NCBI GenBank assembly: GCA_963816145.1
Contig: CAWFJP010000003.1
Location: forward strand, 608,001 to 672,000
Direction of reading: 5' to 3'
DNA: 64,000 nt
DNA from: an uncultured delta proteobacterium
GTDB taxonomy: Bacteria > Desulfobacterota > Binatia > UBA9968
The position numbers were made by a program, and so were the translations under genes. Positions 30,358 to 38,176 of this stretch are shown here, in pieces; within the stretch, counting starts at the first letter, position 1; each line of letters opens with the position of its first letter. The notes below the pieces were generated by a model that was not told the origin of the DNA, searched no databases, and was given only the letters and a program-made list of their open reading frames with translations.

Positions 30358-31215
30358 ATGGCAAGAGATATTGTAGCGATCGACGTTCACGTCCATCTTT
30401 CCGATGAAGCAAGTCAAAAATCTAAAGGCGACCGCACCGCGCAGATGGCGCGCTATTTTGGTCGCGAACGGCCGCCGGTTTCCATTGACGAGATGGCGGA
30501 TCAGTATCGCGCCCGCAAGATGATGGCGGTGATCATGAACACCCGCGATGAAACGATCACCGGCTTAACGCCGCTGCCCAACGATCACGTGGCCGGCGCC
30601 GTGAAAAAACATCCAGACGTTTTCCTGGCCTTTGGCGCCATCGATCCCTGGACCGGCAAGCTGGCGCTCGACGAAATTAAACGTTGCCAGGACTTGGGAC
30701 TTACCGGCATGGGCGAGCTCAATCCGGCGCGCCAACATTTTTATGCCAACGATCCGCGCTTCTACCCGTTGTGGGAACAATGCGCCAAGCTCAACATGCC
30801 GATCCTCTTCCATGGTGGAATGGCCGCGGCAGGCGCCGGCACGCCGGGCGGCATGGGCATCAAGCTCAAATATAGCCAACCGATCCACCTGGACGAAGTC
30901 GCCGCTGACTTTCCTGAATTGAAAATTATCAGCGCTCATCCAACCTGGCCGTGGACCGCGGAAAGCTTAGCGATCGCACGCCACAAAGCGAACTACTTTA
31001 TTGATCTGTCCGGCTGGGCGCCGAAGTATTTCCCCGCGGAGCTGCTGCACAACATCAACACACTGCTGCAAGACAAGGCGATGTTCGGCTCCGACTGGCC
31101 GGCCATCGGCGTCGAGCGCTGGTTGGAAGAGTTCGGCCAAGTCAATATGAAACCCGAGATCCGCAAGAAGATCATGTTGGATAACGCCGTTAAGTTCTTT
31201 GGCTTAACGCTTTAG
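30358..31215 (+). CDS. Amidohydrolase-2 family protein (resembles CouO-type beta-ketoacyl-CoA hydrolases)
   Basis: IDVHVH, FHGG, SAHPTWPW, DLSGWAPKYFP, FGSDWP. Confidence 0.85.
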   Translation: MARDIVAIDVHVHLSDEASQKSKGDRTAQMARYFGRERPPVSIDEMADQYRARKMMAVIMNTRDETITGLTPLPNDHVAGAVKKHPDVFLAFGAIDPWTGKLALDEIKRCQDLGLTGMGELNPARQHFYANDPRFYPLWEQCAKLNMPILFHGGMAAAGAGTPGGMGIKLKYSQPIHLDEVAADFPELKIISAHPTWPWTAESLAIARHKANYFIDLSGWAPKYFPAELLHNINTLLQDKAMFGSDWPAIGVERWLEEFGQVNMKPEIRKKIMLDNAVKFFGLTL

Positions 31216-31236
31216 CAATAACGGAAAAATCCTTGA

Positions 31237-31314
31237 TCACCACGAAGGCACGAAGATCACGAAGTTCGGAGTAGTTTTTCCTAACCCTTCGTGTCCTTCG
31301 TGACTTCGTGGTGA
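31237..31314. repeat. 9-bp-type tandem/inverted array (CACGAAGNN)n...(NNCTTCGTG)n
   Basis: tcaccacgaaggcacgaagatcacgaag ... cttcgtgtccttcgtgacttcgtggtga; internal AGTTCGGAG. Confidence 0.85.
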
Positions 31315-31340
31315 ATAGTATTCTCGCAATCAATCACAGT

Positions 31341-32804
31341 ATGGACGGGATAAGATTCGTCGACACTACCATTCGCGACGGCCACCAAAGCCTGTGGGCG
31401 GAAAGCATGACCACGGGCATGATGCTGCCCGTCGCCGAAGCCATGGACCGCGCCGGCTTCGACGCCATTGAATTGATCTCGAGCTCGCATTTAAAGAAAT
31501 GTGTGCGCGAGTTAAAGGAAGACCCCTGGGCGCGCGTGAAACTGGTTAGCCAGCGCATCAAAAACACGCCGCTTCGTTTAAATGCCGGTCGCTTCAGCGC
31601 CTTCGATATCACACCGCGTTCGATGTACCGCTTGTTCATGGAACGGATGGCCGCCAACGGCATCCGTGAAGCGCGTATTTCAGAAGAGTGGAACGAACTC
31701 GAAGGCTGGGAGTGGAAGACCAAGGTCTCCCGCGATGTCGGTATCAATCCGGTGCTCAACATCATCTACTCCGTGTCGCCGAAACACACAGATGAATACT
31801 TTGCCGAGCGCACGCGCCAAGCGGCATCGTTGAAAGTGAATCGACTCTGCCTCAAAGATCCTGGCGGCCTGCTCACGCCGGAACGCGTGCAAACGCTAGT
31901 GCCAATCGTCTTTGCCAACGCCAATGGCATTCCCGTGGAACTCCATACCCACTGCACCACCGGCTTGGGGCCACTGTGCTGTCTCGAAGCCGTGAAGCTC
32001 GGCATCAAGATCGTTAACACGGCATTGCCGCCGCTGGCGGACGGCTCGTCGAATCCGTCGTTATTTAATGTCGCCAAGAACCTGCGCGCGCTGGGTTATC
32101 AAACCCTCATCGATGAAGATCTGCTCAAGCCGGTGTCCGCGCATTTCACCTACATCGCCAAACGCGAAGGCTTTCCCATCGGCGCGCCGGTGGAGTACGA
32201 CTACTCTCAGTACCAACACCAAGTGCCCGGCGGCATGATTTCCAATTTGCGCTTTCAGCTAAAAAAGGTCGGCCTGGAAAACAAGATCGACCAAGCGCTT
32301 GAAGAAACCATGCAGGTGCGCGCCGAGCTGGGCTATCCGATCATGGTCACTCCGCTGTCGCAATTCGTCGGCAGCCAGGCAGCGATCAATGTGATTGTCG
32401 GCGAGCGCTACAAAGAAGTGACCGATCAAATTATCCAGTACGCGCTCGGCTACTGGGGCAAAGAAGGCGCCGAGTTGATGGCGCCCGAAGTCAAAGCGAA
32501 GATCCTCGACCGCCCGCGGGCCAAGGAATGGGCCGAACGGCCGCCGCCCGAACCTTCGGTAGGCGAGCTGCGCAAAAAAATGAACGCAGAGAATATATCC
32601 GATGAAGAATTTCTCCTGCGCTGGAATCTCGATGTGAAGGAGATCGAAGAAATGAAGGCCGCCGGCGCGCCGAAAGAATATCTGACCGCGAGCCAACCGT
32701 TAGTAAAACTGATCGATGCCTTGAGCCGACGCAAAGACTATCGGCAAATCGTCATTCAAAAAGGCGCGATGTTTGTATCACTGAATCGCAGCACGTCTGC
32801 ATAG
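31341..32804 (+). CDS. Carboxyltransferase without biotinyl domain (paralog 2)
   Basis: Same motifs as 28793..30250 with long identical peptide stretches; ATG 31341 by alignment. Confidence 0.9.
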   Translation: MDGIRFVDTTIRDGHQSLWAESMTTGMMLPVAEAMDRAGFDAIELISSSHLKKCVRELKEDPWARVKLVSQRIKNTPLRLNAGRFSAFDITPRSMYRLFMERMAANGIREARISEEWNELEGWEWKTKVSRDVGINPVLNIIYSVSPKHTDEYFAERTRQAASLKVNRLCLKDPGGLLTPERVQTLVPIVFANANGIPVELHTHCTTGLGPLCCLEAVKLGIKIVNTALPPLADGSSNPSLFNVAKNLRALGYQTLIDEDLLKPVSAHFTYIAKREGFPIGAPVEYDYSQYQHQVPGGMISNLRFQLKKVGLENKIDQALEETMQVRAELGYPIMVTPLSQFVGSQAAINVIVGERYKEVTDQIIQYALGYWGKEGAELMAPEVKAKILDRPRAKEWAERPPPEPSVGELRKKMNAENISDEEFLLRWNLDVKEIEEMKAAGAPKEYLTASQPLVKLIDALSRRKDYRQIVIQKGAMFVSLNRSTSA

Positions 32805-32880
32805 TTTTTTCCGGACCGGAATTGTACGGGGCGAGGTGCACCTCGCCTTATTCCGAACAGGATCACGAACACGACTAATC

Positions 32881-33246
32881 ATGGACCGCTTCTTTTTCAC
32901 CGCCGGCGCCATCGCTGCATTCATCGCCGTCGCCCTTGGCGCCTTCGGCGCTCACTCGCTCAAAACCAAAATCTCGGCCGACATGCTCAACATCTTCGAG
33001 GTCGGCGTGCGTTATCAAATGTACCACGCCCTGGCACTTTTCGCCGTCGCTTGGGCCGCCACTCGCTGGCCCGAAGCGAATTTAAATGCTGCCGGATGGG
33101 CGTTCATCATAGGGATCGTCATCTTCTCCGGCAGTCTCTATCTGCTGAGCTTCACCGGCATACGCGGGCTCGGCGCCATTACCCCGATCGGCGGCCTAGC
33201 ATTTCTCGCCGGATGGGCGATCCTCATCTGGTCACTCAACCGGTAG
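32881..33246 (+). CDS. DUF423 / YgdD-family small membrane protein
   Basis: LGAFGAH, YQMYHALAL, IFSGSLY, ITPIGG. Confidence 0.92.
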   Translation: MDRFFFTAGAIAAFIAVALGAFGAHSLKTKISADMLNIFEVGVRYQMYHALALFAVAWAATRWPEANLNAAGWAFIIGIVIFSGSLYLLSFTGIRGLGAITPIGGLAFLAGWAILIWSLNR

Positions 33247-33257
33247 CAGTTGTTCTT

Positions 33258-33299
33258 ATTCTCCATTCTCCATTCTCCATTCTCCATTCTCCATTTTGC
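33258..33299. repeat. 7-bp tandem array (ATTCTCC)5 plus one degenerate copy
   Basis: Five perfect copies at 33258-33292 followed by attttgc. Confidence 0.95.
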
Positions 33300-33330
33300 A
33301 TTTCCCCGGCCCTTCGCGTAGCCTTGGCGC

Positions 33331-34447
33331 ATGATCATCGGCGTCCCCAAAGAGATTAAAACTGAAGAAAACCGCGTCGCCGTCACACCCACCGGTGTCG
33401 CCGGTTTCGTCGCGCGCAACCACCAGGTGATGATCCAAAAAGGCGCCGGCAGCGGCAGCGGTCTCACCGATGCCAACTATCAAGCCGCCGGCGCGACGAT
33501 CGTCGACAGCGCCAAAGAAGTCTGGGAAAAGGCCGACATGATCATGAAGGTCAAAGAACCGCAGCAGTCGGAGTATGCCTTGCTGCGGCCTGGGCTGATT
33601 CTTTTTACCTATCTCCACTTGGCTGCCGCCGAGTCAGTCACCCGAGAGATGCTTGAGCGCAAGGTCACCGGCATCGCCTACGAGACCATTCAGCTCGACG
33701 ACGGCTCGTTGCCGCTGCTCGCACCTATGAGTGAGATCGCCGGCCGCTTGTCGATTCAAGTCGGTGCCTGGTGTTTACAGGCGGAAAATGGCGGCAGAGG
33801 CGTGCTATTGGGCGGCGCCTCCGGTGTGCGCCCGGCCAATGTTGTAATCATCGGCGCCGGCATGTCGGGGACGGCCGCCTGCCAGGTCGCCGTCGGCATG
33901 GGCGCCCATGTTAGTATTCTCGATATCAATCCCAACAAGCTGCGCTACGTTCACGATATCCTCGGCGGCCACGTGACGACGTTGATGTCGAACCGCGCCA
34001 ATGTCGAAGAAGCGGTCGTCGGCGCCGACTTAGTCATCGGCTCGGTTTTGATCCCCGGCGCCCAGGCGCCGAAACTGATTCCGCGCGCACTGGCGAAACG
34101 GATGAAGTCCGGAGCGGCATTTGTCGACATCGCCATCGATCAAGGCGGCTGCGCCGAAACTTCGCGACCGACCACTCATATCAAGCCCGATCTACGTCGA
34201 AGAAGAACTAGTCCACTACTGCGTCACCAACATGCCGGCGATCGTGCCGAACACATCAACATACGCGCTGACCAATTCAACGTTGACCTACGGCTTGGAG
34301 TTGGCCAATCGGGGTTTTCCGCTGGCCGTCATCAGAAACAAAGCGCTGGCCAAAGGCTTGAACACCTTTGATGGCAAGGTCACCTACGAAGGCGTTGCCA
34401 GCGCGTTCAACCTGCCCTTCACGCCGGTCGACGAGGTGATTCGATGA
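33331..34447 (+). pseudogene. ald: Alanine dehydrogenase with a single +1 frameshift near 34186-34188 (pseudogene or sequence error)
   Basis: MIIGVPKEIKTEENRV, KVKEP, FTYLHLA, DIAIDQGG in one frame; PIYVEEELVHYCVTNMP...ALTN in the next; deleting one C from AAGCCCGATC restores a 371-aa protein. Confidence 0.9.
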
Positions 34448-35397
34448 GGCTGGTCACCCGCGCTGATTTCGACGGCCTGGTCTGCGGCGCTCTAGTCACC
34501 AAGTTTGAAAAGGTCGACGACTATCTCTATGTCGAACCCAAATTCATGCAGGATGGCTTGGTCGAAATTCGCAGCGGCGACATCATCACCAATCTCCCCT
34601 ACCATCCCAATTGCACCCTTTGGTTCGACCATCATATCACCAATACCACGCCTAATTTTGAAACGCCGATCATTCTCGGCCGCGGCGGCTTTCGTTTGGC
34701 TCCCAGCGCCGCGCGGGTCGTGTATGAATATTATACCGAAGCAGGCAATAGGCAGCAGGCAACAGGCAACGGAACCTCCTCAGCGGAGATCGCGCTATTT
34801 CTCGGCACTCCGCGCATGCAGCACCTGATGCATGAAGTCGATAGGGTCGACGCCGGGAAATTGGAACAAGAAGACGTGCTCAATCCCCAAGGGTACGTCT
34901 TGATCTCCATGACCACCGACGGCCGGAACGCCGGCGACGAGCCCTACTGGTTGAAGGTCATCAACCTGCTGCGCGACGCAACCTTGGAAGAGCTCTTGAG
35001 CGACCCCGACATCAAGCGCCGCTGCCAGCGCATTCAGGAAGAACAGGAAAAACTGCGCCGGCTTTTGCTCGAACGGACCAGCTACAAGAGCAACGTGATC
35101 TACTGCGACCTGCGCGGCGTCAAAGAAATCCCCGACGGCAATCGCTTCCTGGTCTTCACGCTCTTCCCCAAGGGCAACATCCAAGTCAAAGTCGCCGACG
35201 ACAACCAGCGCTCGAACACGACATCGATCTCGGTGGGATATAACATTTTCAACCCGACTTCGAACGTCAACGTCGGCGAGCTGCTTAAAAACTACGGTGG
35301 CGGCGGCCACAAAGTCGTCGGCTCCAGCCGCGTCCCCAACGACCAAGCCGAGCAAGCGATCAAAGAAATTTTAGCGGCAGTGACGGACAAGGCATGA
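34444..35397 (+). CDS. DHH-family phosphoesterase (exopolyphosphatase/nanoRNase-like)
   Basis: RADFDGLVC, FDHH, PSAARVV, C-terminal GGGGH; ATGA overlap with the ald stop. Confidence 0.85.
   Translation: MRLVTRADFDGLVCGALVTKFEKVDDYLYVEPKFMQDGLVEIRSGDIITNLPYHPNCTLWFDHHITNTTPNFETPIILGRGGFRLAPSAARVVYEYYTEAGNRQQATGNGTSSAEIALFLGTPRMQHLMHEVDRVDAGKLEQEDVLNPQGYVLISMTTDGRNAGDEPYWLKVINLLRDATLEELLSDPDIKRRCQRIQEEQEKLRRLLLERTSYKSNVIYCDLRGVKEIPDGNRFLVFTLFPKGNIQVKVADDNQRSNTTSISVGYNIFNPTSNVNVGELLKNYGGGGHKVVGSSRVPNDQAEQAIKEILAAVTDKA
34743..34770. repeat. 7-bp tandem array (AGGCAAY)4 inside the DHH coding sequence
   Basis: aggcaat aggcagc aggcaac aggcaac, translated as GNRQQATGN. Confidence 0.8.
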
Positions 35398-35468
35398 GGC
35401 GCGAGGCTAGAGGCGTGAGTTAGAATTCACGAACCGTCTGTTCTGCCTCAAGCCTCGCACCTAACGCC
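35390..35468. repeat. 7-bp tandem/inverted array (AGGCNNG)n...(GCCTNNN)n overlapping the DHH stop codon
   Basis: aggcatg aggcgcg aggctag aggcgtg ... gcctcaa gcctcgc acctaac gcc. Confidence 0.75.
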
Positions 35469-35476
35469 CGTTTCAT

Positions 35477-35806
35477 ATGAAAGTAGTTAACATCACCACT
35501 GCGCTGAAGTCACTGAAGAAAATCAACGACGAAATCCGCTACGCCGACTGCTTCAAGGAGAAACGATTCACCAGCGGCCTGATCGCCTTCCGCCCGTCGA
35601 AGAATTCAGATCAAAAACAGATCAACCACAACGACAAAGACGTCGTCTGCCATGTCATCGAAGGCCGGGGCCAGCTGCGCGTGAACGGCAAACGTATCCA
35701 GCTGCGACCTGGAATCGTCTGCCATATCCCCAAGGGCACTCCACATGATTTCGCGGCAGGAAAAAGTGGCGAACTAGTCTTGTTCTATTCATTAATTAGG
35801 ACGTAA
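35477..35806 (+). CDS. Cupin-domain protein
   Basis: HNDKDVVCHVIEGRG and GIVCHIPKGTPHDF cupin motifs. Confidence 0.85.
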   Translation: MKVVNITTALKSLKKINDEIRYADCFKEKRFTSGLIAFRPSKNSDQKQINHNDKDVVCHVIEGRGQLRVNGKRIQLRPGIVCHIPKGTPHDFAAGKSGELVLFYSLIRT

Positions 35807-35902
35807 CCGATGGTTAACGGAATTGAACACCTATTCGGTTGGCCGCATTCCGAGATTGAAATCTGAAATATGTAATTTGAAATACCTACCGCCAGCGAGG
35901 AT

Positions 35903-37093
35903 CTACCACCACTTCGCCTGCTCGTACCTCGCACGCAAGTACCCATCCCAAACCGCCGACGCGGGCTTCGGTCGCTTGTCACTAGTCTGCATTCCCGTGT
36001 AGGCCCAGATACGCGCGAGATCGTCGAGCGGCGGCTGTAACCGGGCGACCAGTCGTTCAAAATCCGTGCTGGCGAAGTTGATGACGAATTCGTAGTAATC
36101 CCGCGCGGCGGTTTTGAGCAGCAGCTCGGTGAACTGATACTGGTCGGCATCCGATCCACGCAACAATGTCGAGTAGCTGCGCATGTCGACATCCTTTGAC
36201 GACATGCCGCTCTCGGCCACCGCCACCGGCCGCTTGAAGCGGGTGGCGAAGTCGAGGAAGTTAGCCGGCACCGGCCGGGGAACCTCCAAACTCATATGCG
36301 GGTAGACACTCATGGCGAACAGATCGCTGTAGCGCATCAAATCCATCACTTCTTTTTCCTGCTGAGAACCTTTGGCGTCGCGCACCAGCCGTTTGTAATG
36401 CAGCACGTCTGTGGTGAAAAACACCGGCAGAGCTTTGTGCAGCTTCTTGACCGCCAGGTACGTGTCGCGGTGCAGATCTTTCAACTGGTGCCATTTTTCG
36501 GGGTTGCGTGACAACAGCACATTCGACTCGACGCCGATGGCGAGAAAGTCCGGCCGCATGATTTCCACCGCGCGCAGGACGAAGTTGAGATAGGCGCGCT
36601 TGACCCGTGCGCTATTAAGTAGCTCGCGGTTCCACGGCGGCGGCAAAGGCTGATTATCGGTCTCGCCCCAGTAGGGCGCCAGGCCGCGGCGATCCTTGTC
36701 CAACGGTGAGATCGACAGAAATAGTTTCTTTCCCGCCGGTGGCCGGTACTTGAGATGGTCTTGAACATCTTGGGGATAAGGCTTGTTGTCCAACGCTTCG
36801 GCCCATGGAACGCCGCCGATGAACGTCACCGAGACAATATCGCCGTGGGTATAAGCGTAATCTTCGGCGATGGCGACGCCTTCACGGGTGAGATCCGCCG
36901 GCCAACGCGTGAATCCCATCAAGAATGAGCGTATCGCCGGGCCGTAATAGTCGGGCAGCGGAGACGGCCGAGGCGGCGCGACGGGCGCTCGCGGGGTTGC
37001 CGGGCGCGGCGATTCGAAGATTCCTTCACTGCAGCCGGCCACGTGAAGCACAACTATCAAAGCCAACAGAGTCCGCCGGATTGTCGATGCCAT
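35903..37093 (-). CDS. Putative lipoprotein with glycoside-hydrolase-like TIM barrel
   Basis: Lipobox VAG-C, Pro-rich linker, AIGVESN and VAVAESG glutamate motifs typical of clan GH-A folds. Confidence 0.6.
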   Translation of the reverse strand: MASTIRRTLLALIVVLHVAGCSEGIFESPRPATPRAPVAPPRPSPLPDYYGPAIRSFLMGFTRWPADLTREGVAIAEDYAYTHGDIVSVTFIGGVPWAEALDNKPYPQDVQDHLKYRPPAGKKLFLSISPLDKDRRGLAPYWGETDNQPLPPPWNRELLNSARVKRAYLNFVLRAVEIMRPDFLAIGVESNVLLSRNPEKWHQLKDLHRDTYLAVKKLHKALPVFFTTDVLHYKRLVRDAKGSQQEKEVMDLMRYSDLFAMSVYPHMSLEVPRPVPANFLDFATRFKRPVAVAESGMSSKDVDMRSYSTLLRGSDADQYQFTELLLKTAARDYYEFVINFASTDFERLVARLQPPLDDLARIWAYTGMQTSDKRPKPASAVWDGYLRARYEQAKWW

Positions 37094-37249
37094 GATCCAT
37101 GGGTATTCTGCTTCGCGGACTCGGTCAAGCTTGAGAAGCGACCCGTCGTGGCTTGACATAAAGTGATTTTCTCGGAAAATAGCTGAAATCTAGGATGTGT
37201 CGTCACTCTCCATGAGATTTTCAACACGCCTCGTGGCGCCGTTACGGTC

Positions 37250-38176
37250 TTGAGAATCCTGCACCCAAAAACTTTGCCGGTTTTTCGACTTTTGGTCGTT
37301 TGTCTCTGGGTTTTGCCACTCACCCATGTCGTCCATGCCGCGGCGCCCGATGAACGTTATCTGCCAGCCGGCGATCTGCTCGATATCGTCAGAGATTTTC
37401 AACGTTTAGCCAAGGAAGATACCTACCGTTTTGCGATTCCCAAGGATGTCACCGGCATCAACATCATGAAAGCGACCTTGACCCGCCTGCAAGATTACGA
37501 AACCAAGAACCGCGGCCAGTTCACGGATATCGTTCAATACAACCGCGCCTTGGCGCTGGAGCGCTTGCGTGAATACGACCAAGCCGCGGCGCTCTACCGC
37601 AAGGTCGCCGAAACCGAAGGCCGCCTCGGCAGCGAAGCGGCTAAGAACGCCGAGATCCTCGATAACTTTTTGCGCATCTTCGACCGCACCATCCCCGTCG
37701 ACGATCCGTTCAAATATATCGCCGGCCTCGACGAGAAAGTGGCGGCCTGGAACGGACTCATCAAAAAGCATCAGGGCACGCCCTATGAGTTTCTCGCCCG
37801 AGTCGAAGAAGAGCGCATCGATCGCGCCAAGGTCGCCTTCGTCGAAGCCAATCGCTTTCGCTTAAAGGAAGGCAACCAATTGACGATTCTGGGTTACAGC
37901 CAACTGATCACCAAGCATCAACAAAGCAAGAACTATCAACGCCATTTGCTCGACTTCGGCGACTTCTACATGATCCTTGCAAAAGACTATGCCACCCAGT
38001 ACGATCCCGAGGGGTTGGCGTTCGATTTCAACGTATTAGATCAATTTGCCAAATCCGCGTTGAAGCTCTACAGCGAGGTCGCGCAGACCGACGGCGTGGT
38101 AGAAAAATTGGAAGCCCAAGCCAAGATCGAAGCGACTCGCGGTTACTTGGAAAAGGTCACCAGACTCAATCGATGA
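37250..38176 (+). CDS. Hypothetical secreted helical (TPR-like) protein
   Basis: Signal-peptide-like N-terminus ending VHA-AAP; YNRALALERLREYDQAAALYRKV TPR-like helix pair; start uncertain. Confidence 0.65.
   Translation: MRILHPKTLPVFRLLVVCLWVLPLTHVVHAAAPDERYLPAGDLLDIVRDFQRLAKEDTYRFAIPKDVTGINIMKATLTRLQDYETKNRGQFTDIVQYNRALALERLREYDQAAALYRKVAETEGRLGSEAAKNAEILDNFLRIFDRTIPVDDPFKYIAGLDEKVAAWNGLIKKHQGTPYEFLARVEEERIDRAKVAFVEANRFRLKEGNQLTILGYSQLITKHQQSKNYQRHLLDFGDFYMILAKDYATQYDPEGLAFDFNVLDQFAKSALKLYSEVAQTDGVVEKLEAQAKIEATRGYLEKVTRLNR

Noticed and set aside
33256-33618. ORFs containing MENGEWRMENGE / HSPFSILHSPF
   Set aside because: These peptides are translations of the (ATTCTCC)n array and overlap ald or DUF423; not genes
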